From assembly GCA_951406725.2 (NCBI GenBank), contig OX597816.1:59086001-59150000 (forward strand): a stretch of 64,000 bases of DNA, read 5' to 3'. The notes beneath the pieces are model-generated. The model was not told where the DNA came from, did no database searches, and saw only the letters and a program-made list of their open reading frames with translations. Positions 39,440 through 52,514 of this stretch are shown one piece after another. The position numbers and the translations under genes are program-made. Numbering within the stretch: position 1 is the first letter of the stretch; each line of letters starts with the position of its first letter. Origin of the DNA: Octopus vulgaris. Lineage: Eukaryota.

Positions 39440-39960
39440 GTAAATGACCCTGATTGACAAGCAGAAAAGGTAGAGGCAAGAATGCCATACAGTGTACCAA
39501 GTGCAAGTTATGGACATACAAGAAGTGCAGTGGAATGGGAGGAAGGTTAACAGAGAAAATAGTCTTTGCTTATGGAAAATACACGGAAGCAATAAATACT
39601 AAAGACACCTAAAAACAGATTTTCTTGAATGCCTTAGAGTCTTTATAGAGGTAGTGGATAGTTTTAGTTACTTAGGTGAACTAATAAGTAGTGGAGGAAA
39701 ATGTTCAAAAAGTACAGTTGCTAGAGTAAAAATAAAATAGAGAAGGTTCATAGATCTATTACTCCTGTTGGAACAAAAGGTTTTCTCTCTCAAAGCAAAT
39801 CGTATGATGCTTGTGTACAAACAAAAATGCTACATGGCAGTGAGATATTGACCCTGAATGCAAAGGACAAACAATGACTAAAGAAGAATGAAGCCAGTAT
39901 GCTCCATTGCAATGTCAGTGAGCATGTATGACAGGATACTAGTATTTTGAGGGGAAAATA
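39440..39960 (+). mobile_element. RTE LINE ORF 3' fragment (decayed)
   Basis: CTKCKLWT.KKCSG, EVVDSFSYLG, MLHGSE remnants; homologous to 41030-41230. Confidence 0.65.
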
Positions 39961-40469
39961 GATCCTCCTTCCGGAATCTCTTCTACCTCTTTCACAATAC
40001 CTACCCGCTCCATACTAACCTCACTTTTACCCTTGTTCGTGATTCACTACACTCACTTCTACCTTTATCTCTAACCATCTGTTACTCTCTTCTCATACTC
40101 TTATAATTACCTACCCTCTGTGTATGTGTGCACACACACAGACAGACACACACATGCATATATTGCAAATATGTATCATCATCATCACTTACTTGCTTTC
40201 CAGGCAGGCATGGATTGGCTGGTTTGACAGGAGCTGGCAAGTTAGAAGACTGCATCAAGCTCTACTGTCTGCTTTGGCATGATTTTTACAGTTGGAAATC
40301 CTTCCTAAAGCCAACCATTTTACAGCATAGACTGGATGTTTGTATATAAATAGTTAATATCTTTTAAGAAAATTTTCCTTTATCAAGTATTTTTTAATTT
40401 TATTACAGAAACTGAAAATTTTCACATACATATCCATCCATTACATTACCCTTGGTCAGCTGGAATCTA

Positions 40470-41010
40470 GCACCAAATACACATTTGGACAGTAACCTTC
40501 AGTAGGTTGTGCTGTAGGAACTTCCAGTTGTCCTCTATGCTATAGATCTTTAACTTCTTCTTCTCTTTATCAAATGCTTCAACTGAAATTTCTCTAAACT
40601 TCTGACTGTTTACTAGGTTTTGAGCTTCCATATCTTTCTTTTCCAGACTGGTTTGATTCTCTGATCCTATTAACTCAAAGTCTATAGCCACTAACCACTA
40701 ACCTATGTTGGGTTGTACAATTTTCACCAAGGAAACAACTTTGCATTTACAAGCTTCTCTCTATCCCATTTCCTAATGCAGATGTAATCAATCTGACTAG
40801 TGTGCCTACCAGATTCATACGGGATCAGGTGTTTAGCTGGCTGATTTGCTCATGTTAGTGCTGCATCACAGAACTCCAGCAGCCCTCTTCTCTCTTCATT
40901 TCTAGTCCCAAAGCCATGAACCTCATAGAAACCAACAAGATGTAGCCCAATGTGTCCACAGAAGTCACCAGCCACAGTAATAAAGCTACTGTCATTCGTC
41001 ACAAAAGCAA
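40470..41010 (-). mobile_element. RTE LINE endonuclease fragment
   Basis: Minus-strand remnants VAGDFCGHIG, GFGTRNEE, HLIPYESG..SQIDYI, CKVVSL. Confidence 0.65.
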
Positions 41011-41029
41011 TCCATTAAAAAAAAGACCT

Positions 41030-42032
41030 CCTACCTCTGCTGGTGACAAAGTGCCTCTCACTCAGAGTAAAAGGTAGACTGTATGATGCATGTGTGCGAA
41101 CAGCTCTGCTACATGGCAGTTAAACATGAGCCATGACTGCTGAGGACATGCGTAAACTTGCAAGGAATGAAGCCAGTATGCTTCGCTGGACGTGTAATGT
41201 CAGTGTGTATACACGACAAAGTGTAAGCACCCTGAGAGAAAAGTATCAGAGGTGGTGTGCAAGAGAAATGACTGTGCTGGTATGGTCACTTGTTGCAAAT
41301 GGATGAGGACAGCTGTGTGAAAAAGTGTCACACCCTAGCAATTGAGAGAACCTGTGGAAGAGGTAGACCCAGGAAGACTTGGGATGAGGTGGTGAAGCAC
41401 AGCCTTCGAACACTGGGCCCCACTGAGGCAATGACAAATGACTGAGACCTTTGGAGATATGCTGTGCTTGAGAAGACCCAGCAAGCCAAGTGAGAAGACC
41501 CAGCAAGCATAACTGTGGCCTATGCCAGTGCTGTATAACCAGCCCATTTAAGAATACCCTTCAATCATTGGACAATAAACTATGCTTGCAAAGACCTGTT
41601 GTGGCAAGTGAAATCGCTGTCATGGCCAATGACAGTACTGCCTGATTGGCATCCATGCTAGTGGAGCGTTAAAAGCACCACTCAAGCATGATCATTGCCA
41701 GAGCCGCTGACTGGCTCCTGTGCCGGTGGCACATAAAAAAAAAAAAAAAGCACCATTCCAGCATGGTCATTGCCAGTGCCACCAGACTCACTCCTGTGCA
41801 GGTGGCACGTAAAAAGCACCATTTGAGCATGACCGATACCAGTACTGCTTGACTGGCCCTTGTACCAGTGGCACGTAAAAGCACCCACTACACTCTCGGA
41901 GTGGTTGGTGTTAGGAAAGGCATCCAGCTGTAGAAACTTTGCCAGATCAGATTGGAGACTGGTGCAGCCTTCTGGCTCGCCAGCTGTCAGTCAAACCATC
42001 CAACCCATGCCAGCATGGAAAGCAGAAGTTAA
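41030..42032 (+). mobile_element. RTE LINE 3' end with tandemly repeated 3'UTR units
   Basis: GRLYDACVRTALLHGS.TW, RGRPRKTWDEVV; ~60-bp repeats ggtggcacgtaaaaagcacc; conserved tail cactacactctcggagtggttgg..catgccagcatggaaa. Confidence 0.8.
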
Positions 42033-43037
42033 AAACACACACACACATATATGAAAAAAGAACATGGGTTTGAATCTGGTATTCTTTTATTACATCTGTT
42101 ACCTAGCTTACAATATTCAGTAATAAATAATGTTACACTATAAATATAATCTATACATGCACCACATAAGTGCAGCATACATAATTAAGACCAGACACTT
42201 CCTCAGACAAGAAATATTTCTTAATTGTGCAATCTGCACTTATGAGGTGCATCAATAGATTGCATTTATAGTGTAGCATCATATGTTCTGAATATTGTAA
42301 CAAAAATAATAAAGGAATACCTAGTTCAAGCCCATGTTCTTTTCTAATATTACTGATGTGCTCTTTATATTACATTATAGTCCCCTCAGATTGCATAGAA
42401 ACCTGTGTGTGGGATCATGCAATAGTGAGAATTTCATGTAATTACCAATAAAAGCTGAAACCTGAATAATAAAATTATAGTACACTGAGTACATCCATTC
42501 CTACTTATATCTATATATACATCTCATTATTGTCATCATTTTAATATCTACTTATCCATGTTACACAAGTCAAAATTTGCTGAGGCAGGTTTTCTACAGG
42601 ACACCCTTCTTGCTGCCAACCCTACTTGTTTCCAAGCAATATTTCTTTATAACTAGACATATTTTTACAGAAGACTGGAAACAAATGACACTGCTTGTAT
42701 GACAGTGACACTCATTTACAACTAACATGTGATATCAAAAAAAGGAAACACAAGCACATACACATATGGCTTGTTCCTTTCAGTTTCTGCATATCAGATC
42801 TACTCACAAGGTTTGCTCAGCTTGGGATTATAGTAAAAGACACTTGCTCAAGGTAACACACTAGGACCGAACCTGAAACCATGCAGCTGTGAAAGCAAAC
42901 TTCTAATTCAGACAGACATTATTATTATTATCATTATCATTATTATTGTTATCATTATCATTATTAATTATTATTATTATAGATTAAACATTGTTAATAA
43001 TATTCATGTTAAGTTGAATATAAACCGATGTAAGTAC

Positions 43038-43168
43038 TTCTTGAAGTGAGTTCTTAATTTTGGTTCAGAGCGAGCACAGCCTGTAGGATTTATTGTCAAG
43101 GGCATTTCAATCAGATTTGATCGACCAAATCTGAAATTGTAGTTCTGTAGAAGATCTGTGCCAGGTAA
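43038..43168 (-). CDS. KMT2C: KMT2C/D exon with the WDR5-interaction (Win) motif
   Basis: LPGTDLLQNYNFRFGR..INPTGCARSEPK. Confidence 0.93.
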
Positions 43169-43413
43169 CTGCAAGAAACAAGAATTATAAAACATTATAG
43201 TATTGACCAACAGTAGTATTAAAGTATTGTAGAATTATCTATTAATATTCTCGCCATTCCTAAAACCAAAATCAGGAGTAAATGATTACTAATTTCATCA
43301 CAATGTTCATTTATATAAGATTTGTTTAGTATTTTGGTATAAATGAAATTTACAAAATAGCAGTAAACAAACATTTCAAAATAGCAACAAACAAACTATT
43401 AATTACTACTTAC

Positions 43414-43550
43414 TGACTCAATTACTCTGACAACTGATGGTTCTGTCAAGCCAAAAAGATCATCTCCAGTTATGAAATTTGGGAAGATTTTTACTAGTTC
43501 AGCTTCTTTTCTCATTTTTTGTAAAGCTTCAAGCACATGCATCCACACAC
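43414..43550 (-). CDS. KMT2C: KMT2C/D FYRC exon
   Basis: VWMHVLEAL..GDDLFGLTEPSVVRVIES. Confidence 0.93.
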
Positions 43551-43595
43551 CTAAAACAAAAATTTCATAATTTAATAAGCATGAAAACAATTTAA

Positions 43596-43808
43596 CAGTT
43601 TTCATATCAACCCACATAAGACTGCTCCTTGTTTTACGATACAAACTTTCCATTTTAAGAAAGTATTCTAAATTAAAAGCTTCCATGTTAATTTATGTTC
43701 CAAACACTAGCTTAATATTGACAAATTTATTTAACCAAATTCTTCACTATTTTCAAAATTAACTGAAACAGAGGCAGTATATTTTACAGAAATATGGTAA
43801 TAAAAGGG
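43596..43808. mobile_element. Decayed TTAA (piggyBac-type) MITE
   Basis: Right end agaaatatggtaataaaagggTTAA matches the end of 49712-50783; left TIR is degenerate. Confidence 0.5.
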
Positions 43809-44556
43809 TTAATAAACATGCAGTCAAGATGGAAGCAAATTTTAAGAAAAAATAATTCATATGAATGAATGAATGAATAATCACTGTTATCATCATTCTC
43901 AGTAATCCACTTTTCCATGCTGGTATAGGATGCACAAGTAATCATGGTCTTAGTCAGTTACTCCTGGATGAATCAGATGGCCACATCACACCCATATATT
44001 CTAATCTTTGGTCTGGTTTCTATGATCAGAAGCTCTTCCTAATACGAACCACTTTACAGGGTGTAATGAGTGCATTCCATCGCAAAGAAATGTAGGACTG
44101 AAAAGAACCCATGTCTTTACTTGCTTGTCAACCATGTTAAAGAATGTGCTGGAATCATTATATAGGTGCACCAGCACTAGCTTTGTTCTCTGCAAGACTA
44201 GAGAGTCACTCTACAAAATGTTTGACTCTATTCTTTCAAATCAAACATGTTCAAGTGAAGATTAGTGAAAGAAAAAGAAAGCATAAGTATGTATGATAGA
44301 GAGGAAAACAGAGTGACAAGTAATAGGAAGGAGTAACAGAAGGGAGACAGTGGTAGCTATATGTTGATTGTTAGTAAGGAAAGTAGTAAGAGGAATGGCA
44401 TAATGGGATAATTATAATGACATTAAGGGAGAAAGAGTGAGGGAAATCAATAAAGAAGAGCAAAGTTAGGGTACTAAATACAAATACATCTTATGTCTGT
44501 ATTTACTGGTATAAAATACAATAAAAAAATAGAATAAAAAAAAGTTAATAACTTAC

Positions 44557-44719
44557 ATTTTGGTGAATTATCTTTTATTATAACATCTTCAAAACCTTTC
44601 TCTACAATTTTTAATACAAATTCAGGATGACCTTCTTTGTCATGTACACTACATACATAGCGGCATCGCCTATGAAGCTGTCGCATGCTCCAGTAAAACC
44701 GGGAGCTTTTAAAACCAAC
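44557..44719 (-). CDS. KMT2C: KMT2C/D FYRN/FYRC exon
   Basis: VGFKSSRFYWSMRQLHRRCRYVCSV..PEFVLKI..SPK. Confidence 0.93.
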
Positions 44720-45711
44720 CTTAAATATAAATTAAAGTATTCATTTTACTTTTTGTTTTTTTCCAAATGTTTTAGAATAAAATTAGAAAAGGAAATTTAG
44801 AATAGAAATTGCTTAAATCTAAGGTAAAAGAAAGCTTGGAAAATGTGCAACATTAAGGATTATCAAAAGTATTTGCAAACCTACAGAACAAGAGAGAAGT
44901 TTCACCATTTTATTTGAGTAATTATGGTTGAAAACTCAACTTGAAAGAAAATTAAAATATACTGTCAAGTTTTGCTATTTATGAAATTTATTATTACATG
45001 AAATAAATCAGAATGAAATTTGAACTGTTATTTATTACAGAGAAAAATTGTCTGAAGAAATAGCTTCTAGTGTTTGGGTGTCTTTTTTTGTGATAGAATT
45101 AGTGAAAAACGATACTGCACCAATTTGAATGAAATCTTTTAAAAACAACAAACTGTTTAGATTATTATACTTTTCAATTGTAGGTTTAAGTGACTAATTT
45201 TCAGAATCTTTAATCAGAATACCGAATATAAATTCATGGTTAAAAGTAGGTGTGTGCTAATTACCCTAAACAAATTTACGGTAATAGATTCAAAATGTTG
45301 ATGGTAAGTCAAAGTAGAGTTCAAAGAGTATTGAGAATGTGAACTAGTCTAGCATACAAATTTGTAAGCTTTTTCTAAGCTTTAAAACTCAATATCCAAT
45401 GTAAGCATATCTGAAAACTTTAATATCTATTTTAATATGAAATCACAGAATGAATGAGTTTCAGTAGATCAAAATAAACATAAAAAACATACTATTTTTT
45501 TTTACCCAATATTTATGTTTTTACAGTATGCCCTAGAGGTATTTTCATTTTAACTTTAGATTTTCATTTTAAGTATAAGAAAAGAAAAAAAAAAGCATTT
45601 TACATACACATACATGCAGCGACACCATTACATCCACTTCCCATATTGGAAATTGATGGATGGATTGTCATGATCTGATCCAGTTCTTACATGGAGTTAC
45701 TGTCCTTCAGC

Positions 45712-45758
45712 GCACGCACACACACACACACACACACACGCACGCACACACACACACA
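45712..45758. repeat. (CA)n microsatellite
   Basis: CA run with a few CG interruptions. Confidence 0.9.
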
Positions 45759-45846
45759 AAACTTTAAAGTGCCTTGTCTTAAGTTATGCATGCATATAAC
45801 TGCACATATTTACATTTCAAGAAATTATATTAATGTTTGTACATAC

Positions 45847-45973
45847 TGGATAAATGCATTCTCTGGAGTGAAACTTGCCAGTCTGGATCTGATGAGGTAG
45901 AAGCTGTCCCACAGAATGTAATATGAGAGAACCTATGCGTAAAGTAAAGCGGCTATCTTCCTCATGAACCATA
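45847..45973 (-). CDS. KMT2C: KMT2C/D FYRN exon
   Basis: FTLRIGSLILHSVGQLLPHQ..FHSRECIYP; not in the ORF track, read manually. Confidence 0.92.
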
Positions 45974-46272
45974 CTGCAAAATAATTCAAATGAAAATACT
46001 TTAAGCTGTTCTGTTAATTAAAAACTCAAAATATGATGTTAGCTTACAGTAAATTCCGTAGATTTTATTATAAAAAGTATTAAGTGATAATATCTCATAT
46101 TGCGAAAATTAATGAAATCATAGTTTTATAGGATTTACAAAATTTTCAACCAATTTGCCATGCCTCATAAAAATTAGATAAATAAAAACTGTAAAACAAA
46201 TATTTTATTTTATAATAAACTGAAATAAAACAGATGATTTCTATTAATTTTACATATAGTAATTAATTTTAC

Positions 46273-46385
46273 CTTGCTACTTGTTTTCCTTCTTCACGAC
46301 ACACATAAACTCGTCTGAAAACTACTAATGACTTTAATTCATTTTCCTGATTATTCTTTGGAACATGGCTTGGACAAAAGAGTGT
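46273..46385 (-). CDS. KMT2C: KMT2C/D exon (end of ePHD)
   Basis: TLFCPSHVPK..LVVFRRVYVCREEGKQVA. Confidence 0.92.
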
Positions 46386-46912
46386 CTTTAAAAAACAGAA
46401 AATTAAGCAAAATCATTAGCCTCAATTAAACTTTGTATCAAGAGGAAAGAGTCATTGATTGTATTATATAAAAATAAACTTGGCAGTGAATTAATTATGC
46501 CAGTAATCAAGAAACATTATCTGGATAAAGGAACAGATGCAATTAAGAATATAATAAAAAAAAATATATGAAAGGAAGCAACTTTCAGGAATTTGTTGTA
46601 CTAGATGAAAACTATTTTGCAGATTGTAAAAGGAGGAATAATTAAGATAAAATATAACAAAAATTCTGGTACATTCTATATTCCTCAACTAAACTAAATG
46701 GTATCCTTCAACATTAGTTTTGTCAATCTACTCTGGCAGTCTATTACAAATAATGTAATAACATGTTTAGCAGAGACACCATAATTCAATCTGGGAACAA
46801 CATACATGGAACAATGTTGTCATTTAAAGAAAAGGGTAGACTAGATTCAGCATGCCTTGCAAAATTACTATGGCATTAAAAAAAATGTTCTTTTTTAAAT
46901 CAAATTACTTAC

Positions 46913-47156
46913 TTTATCTTGATAAAATACACATCCATCTTTAATAGCACATCCAAGATGATATATATTGGAACATCGGAATTTGAAGCAACCAAGTGTT
47001 GCTCCATTCTTATGGCAAATAGAACATTCTAGTGAAAGCCCACGTCGATAAGATTGTTCCACATTGATTAGAGCACCATTTAATGTCTCATACACTTCAT
47101 GAGACCACAAGGCACAGTTCAAATGGGTCCATTTGTCAACATCCAAGTTCAATAAC
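46913..47156 (-). CDS. KMT2C: KMT2C/D extended PHD exon
   Basis: LLNLDVDKWTHLNCALWSHEVYET..CSICHKNGATLGC..C..IYHLGCA. Confidence 0.95.
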
Positions 47157-47757
47157 CTGCAGATAAAAGTTTTTCAGTTAATTATTTTTTTTAATAGTTT
47201 CAGCACACACACACACACACACAAGAGTTTCTAAGTAGGATAAAAAGTACATGATACCAATATAGAGTATATTAATTTATTCGTGCTAATCTACCTAACT
47301 GTTACTCTAGAGTTCCCCATAATGTCATGCTAATTCCTCAGATAGAATACACTGGATAAATTTATACTCAGCTTATTTTGCTCAACAAACCAGCTTGACA
47401 TAAAGGGAACTACAGAATAACAGTCAACAAGATCAGCCAAAATGAATTATATATGTTGTGCAAATTGTCACATATAAGAATTTATATATCTCAGCCATAC
47501 ATAAATATATTAGACAGAGATTGGGAATCATAGATTTGAAGATACTGACAATATGAACAGCCTGAAAATGTTGATCTACAGAAATGGCAAATAAGGCCAA
47601 ATCTTCTGTGCTGACTGAGGGAAATTAACAAAAGGAAGGTAATTAATGCACTTACATGTGCACATGCATGCATATATAATAACTTTTACCATTAATTAAT
47701 TGCATGGAACTAAGTTTATTACAAATATACTGTTATAAATAATTTCCTGTCCTGAAC

Positions 47758-48140
47758 TTCCTGTGCAGGTGGCATGTAAAAAGCACTATCTGAACGTGAT
47801 CAATGCCCACTGCCTGGATCCCATGCTGGTGGCATGTAAAAAGTACCATCTGAACGTGGTCAATACCAGTGCTCCCTGACTGGCTGCCGTGCTGGTGGCA
47901 CATAAAAAGCACTATCCAAATGTGATTGATGCTAGGGTCTCCTATTTGTTCATGTGCCAGTGGCACGTAAAAAGCACCCACTACACTCTCAGAGTGGTTG
48001 GCTTAGGAAGGGCTGTAGAAACATTGCCATATCAGATTGGAGCCTGGTGCAGCCGTTGGCTTTCCAGACCTCAGTCAAACCGTCCAACCAATGCCAGCAT
48101 GGAAAACGGACATTAAACGATGATGACGGTGATAATGATG
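47758..48140 (+). mobile_element. 5'-truncated RTE 3'UTR copy
   Basis: Same ggtggcatgtaaaaagcac repeats and tail as 41640-42032, ending in a (GAT)n-like tail. Confidence 0.75.
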
Positions 48141-48186
48141 AACACAACTGAAAATTAAGGAGAAAATTAACAAAAACAATATTCAC

Positions 48187-48299
48187 CTTGCCGGTCCATT
48201 TGATGATCCATCTCCATGGGTATGACAAAAGGCACATTTTCGAATATCTTCAAGATTTGGATTTCTAGGAAGGATCACGCCGATTGATTCCCAAAACTT
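48187..48299 (-). CDS. KMT2C: KMT2C/D exon (start of ePHD)
   Basis: EDIRKCAFCHTHGDGSSNGPAR. Confidence 0.93.
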
Positions 48300-48588
48300 C
48301 TACAATAAAAAACGATAGAATATATTGCACAATCTTCATATTCTATTTTCTTTTAACAAACTTTTATATCAATAATACCAATTATTAAAATGTCTTCAGT
48401 TAGTTTAGTGAGCTATAACTGAATCTAAACAATCCTACTTCCTACAAAGGTGCATTATTTAGAATCCAGTGGCATTTATTTTCCAGTTGAGAGGCAAATA
48501 ACTGCTGGACCCCAATCCTAATTTTAAAAGAGCACATTTCCAGATTCAATCAATTTAACTTATCAATTTCTGAAAGAAAACAACTTAC

Positions 48589-48681
48589 AGGATCCAGTTC
48601 ATCTCGTGTTTGTAATTTTAATGTTCCAAAAATTATATCCCACTTCCTCCATCGAACATCTTTCCATTTTTTGGGTGCAGG
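48589..48681 (-). CDS. KMT2C: KMT2C/D exon
   Basis: PAPKKWKDVRWRKWD, similar to the conserved KKWKG..W.KW motif. Confidence 0.88.
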
Positions 48682-49103
48682 CTTATGAAGAGAAATAAGA
48701 AAACTTAAGAGATTTAAAAAAAAAAGCCAAAGACTGTGAAAAAAAAGGATAAAGATGAATGTTATGAAAAATATTAAAATAACTGATCATCCTAAAATAA
48801 ATAATTTCAAATATTCAATTAGTAAAAGAAGGATAATAAATAACTTCCATCTGAGTTGGTGGAAGTGATAGATAGATAGATGATATGCTTGAAACCATTT
48901 GGATTCATTGCTTTAGTTGAATCCTGCTAATGTTTACTTTGTTTTTTCCAGAACCTCAATAACACCTCGTCATATACTTTTCTTTACAAAAATTGTGTTA
49001 AAGAGAAGTTGAAAGTATGACAAAGAAATGTTCATGACAACTTAGTATATTAATAATTTTAAAAATTAGATCTGAAAACATATGAAGATCTCAATAAACT
49101 CAC

Positions 49104-49556
49104 TTGTGATGGTACTGGTGATGTTGAAGACGTTGACTGTGACTCAACACTGTTGCTACTACTTCTGCGGCGTCGCTTACCACATAGCCTGCTAACACTG
49201 TTAGTAGTAACATTTTCTTCTCTTTTAGCTTGAGGTGATGTGCATTCAGATGCAGCTATAGATGTTGTAGTTTTTGAAATTGCTGTGGTTGTTACAGCCA
49301 CAGTAGTTGTGACTGCAGTGGTTGCTGCTGCATCAGCAGTAGAGGTGGTGGTGGTTGTAGCTACAGTGGTAGTAGAAGTTGTAGCAGTTACTGTTCCTCC
49401 AACTGAACTTACTGTAGTATGATCAGCTAGAGCACTTTTATGTTCAATGATATCACCACCTTCTTTTGTTTCTTCGGGTAAAGCTGAACGATGTGTAATA
49501 GCAAACTGAAGATAACAATTTTTACTGCAAAATGTAATTTCCTCATCCTCAGAATC
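49104..49556 (-). CDS. KMT2C: KMT2C/D exon (FCSxxC motif plus Thr/Ala/Ser-rich tract)
   Basis: DSEDEEITFCSKNCYLQF..TTTT..KRRRRSSS..PSQ; phase 0-0. Confidence 0.85.
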
Positions 49557-49711
49557 CTAACAATGAAAAATATTAAAACGGTTTCATGAAAAATTTCAAT
49601 CAAATAACATGATATTTATATGCAATATAAAAAGATTTTAACCAGGGATTGTAATGTAGTTGATTGGCCTCTTTCAGATAAATGTATTTTGATAATATCT
49701 AAAGAGTTTAA

Positions 49712-50783
49712 CCCTTTCGTTACCAAACCGCCCAAAGCCGCCCGAAAAAAATATTGGTTAATGTGACCAAACCCGCCCGTATTTACCTATTCATATTTAA
49801 ATGAGAATATCAGAGCAAATCTCTTTAGTACATTCGTGAAAACACGTATTATACTTCGTAAACATTTCATATACAGTTTTGTACAACGATCGAAGTGTAA
49901 TTTTAATTCCGTGAATTTTGGGAGATTTTTTTCCGAAATTTGTTCCTATTGTGTTTTCAAAATTTGTAATTCTGACAAAAAATGGATACGAATTTCATTA
50001 TATCAAGCAGCGAGTCAGAATTCGAAGGATTTTCTACTGAAGACCTTGATAAATCTAACTCTATGACTGAAAAAAAAAAGCACGTGGTATTTGATAATGA
50101 ATCTGATGTTTCATTTTCCGAAAGTGAAAACAGTGAATCCAAGAGCTCCGACAGCGATAAAGAAAATGAATTGGCACCTGAATGGAGTGAAAATTTAAAA
50201 ACTGTTTCTTTCAGTGATTTTTCTGAAGAAACTGGACCAAGCCACAATCTTTCCCAGGAGAGTAAAGCCTTAGACTATTTCTTTTTACTTTTTCGAATGA
50301 GCCTATTTGAAATCATTATGGCGGAAACGAACCATTACGCTAAATGTAAACAAAGCGAAATAAAGGATAGTTAGTGGTTTCCCACAACCTTAAATGAAAT
50401 TAAGACTATTTTGCCATAAATATTATTATGGGTATCAGAAAGTTACCCAGAATAACAAATTCTATCGTAAAATTTTGTTGTATACCCAATTGAATATTAG
50501 CTAATAACCCATTTTCTATAGCAATGTTTGAACAAAATTTTAATAATTTTATATTTTGTTGAATTTACCTGTATCTACCTGCAATTAGAGTCACTTTGTG
50601 ACAACAATTATAGTATTGGTTGAGAACATTTCATTAAATTATCTTCCAAAAATCACATTAATATATTGATAAATAAAAAAGTTATAGTTGTTTAATGAAA
50701 CCAGACTAAATTTATGATTATGTTAGAAATTAATTGAAACACATAAGGGGTGTATTTTGGTTAGAAATATAGTAACGAAAGGG
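49712..50783 (+). mobile_element. Internally deleted piggyBac transposon (1072 bp) in a KMT2C/D intron
   Basis: TTAA TSD on both sides; TIR CCCTTTCGTTAC / GTAACGAAAGGG; ORF 49982-50374 is an acidic N-terminus plus LDYFFLLF..IMAETNHYA, followed by WFPTTLNEIK..IIMGIRKLP. Confidence 0.9.
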
Positions 50784-51295
50784 TTAAGAAGTAAATCACC
50801 AATGTGGATCCCATACATGGTGTTTTTAAGACTCAATTGGGAGGTAGTAAGGTTTCTTTTCCACAAAAGAATTCAAAATGAAAGTTAGGTTCACATCAGC
50901 AGTATAAAAGAGTGGAAAATGTCAGAAATTACACTGTTATTGTGAAGTTAAGGGCCTTGAGTAGATTACTGAATTCTAAGCTCTTAAAGAGGCAAAGAAC
51001 CAATACAGTGTAATATGAGAAGACTGCTGGTGGATTTATATTATCAAACAGAATAACTTATGACCGATACTAAAAAAAAAAAAAAATTTAAACTAATAAT
51101 TTCATGATAATTCTCATAATTTTTGGAAATGCCAATAATATCAGGTAAGTTATTACTTTAGGAAAAGTTTTATCCTATTAGTTTGAGGCATATAGTGATG
51201 CAAGAACATTGCTTACTAAATTGAAATAGTTAACATTTAATTTAAACAAATTTTAAAGGAAAAAAAAAAACCGACTTAAATGAAGAAACAATCAC

Positions 51296-51441
51296 CTGTT
51301 CTTCTTTTGTAATAAAGGGTAATTCAGTTTTTTTCTTGCGAATCCCAGGACTTAATACAGCCCAATCACAATGCCGGCAGAATTTAGGCTTTGATTTCAC
51401 CATGGACTGGATTGATTGTATACTAACAGCTTCTTCTTTAT
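51296..51441 (-). CDS. KMT2C: KMT2C/D exon (CRHC motif)
   Basis: KPKFCRHCDWAVLSPGIRKK; phase 1-0. Confidence 0.85.
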
Positions 51442-51592
51442 CTAAAAGTAAATATTATCAAATACAGGAAACATGTTAAAAGCATGTGCATATGCAAACA
51501 CATACAAAACATATAGCAACATTATACTAAAATTTACTTTTAAATAACATCAACATTCACAAAAAAAGGTAACTTCATAGTTTCATATTTAA

Positions 51593-51808
51593 TCCTTTAG
51601 CATTTAAACTGGCCATATCCAGCCCAAATATTCTATCTGTTTCATGCTCAAACCAACCAGATCTGGCCCTTCACACATACCCTACAATGTCACTCTAAAA
51701 CTAAACAATCACATCATCAAAATTTTGAAGCTATTAGATAATGTATGATTAATTCAAAACAATGTGACTAAGCATTACATTTGACAGAGTAATCTAAATA
51801 CTAAAGGA
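51593..51808. mobile_element. TTAA-flanked 216-bp MITE (piggyBac-type)
   Basis: TTAA|TCCTTTAGCATTTA...TAAATACTAAAGGA|TTAA. Confidence 0.75.
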
Positions 51809-52514
51809 TTAAACATTTGTTTGTTTGTTTGTTTTTGTGTGTGTGTGCATGCGTGCGCACACGCACATTGATGTCAAATCACGAGACAATTAAATTTCAC
51901 ACAAAATGTGCAGTCAATATATATGTAAGTTCTCATTAAAATTCCTCCTCTAAAATGTTATATTTTTGGAAAGTTAAGATCAAACTTTTAAATGCCAGGG
52001 AAGATAATATTTATACTTCCAGTTTCACATTTAAATTTGTTTAGATGTCTATAATTATGCTCTATGAATTGGACCATTTATTTTGGTAATAATTTGAAAT
52101 ATATTTATAAATTAACAGCCCAACCTACAGAATATAAAACCTGAATATTTTAGAAATATAAACATATTTGATTTTTGTTTATTTAAAATATATGTTTCTT
52201 GTTACTACATCACAGCCTAAAAATATATTAGACATTTACCCAATCGGGCACAAGCTGGGTCAAAGCTGAACTATATGGTATACCGTATATAATAAACTAA
52301 ATGAAACATGGTAATCTTATTAAACTGTCTTGAACCACACCAAATGAAACAGGTAGTCAAATAAAATAAAAATATGCAAATGCCACAATATATTTATGAA
52401 AGACTAAATTAAGAAACCACATTTTTAACTATATCACATATAGACTATTCATTTTTTTCTTTACATTTTATAATTTAAATCCTGAAATTTAAAAAAACAA
52501 ATTTATATACTTAC

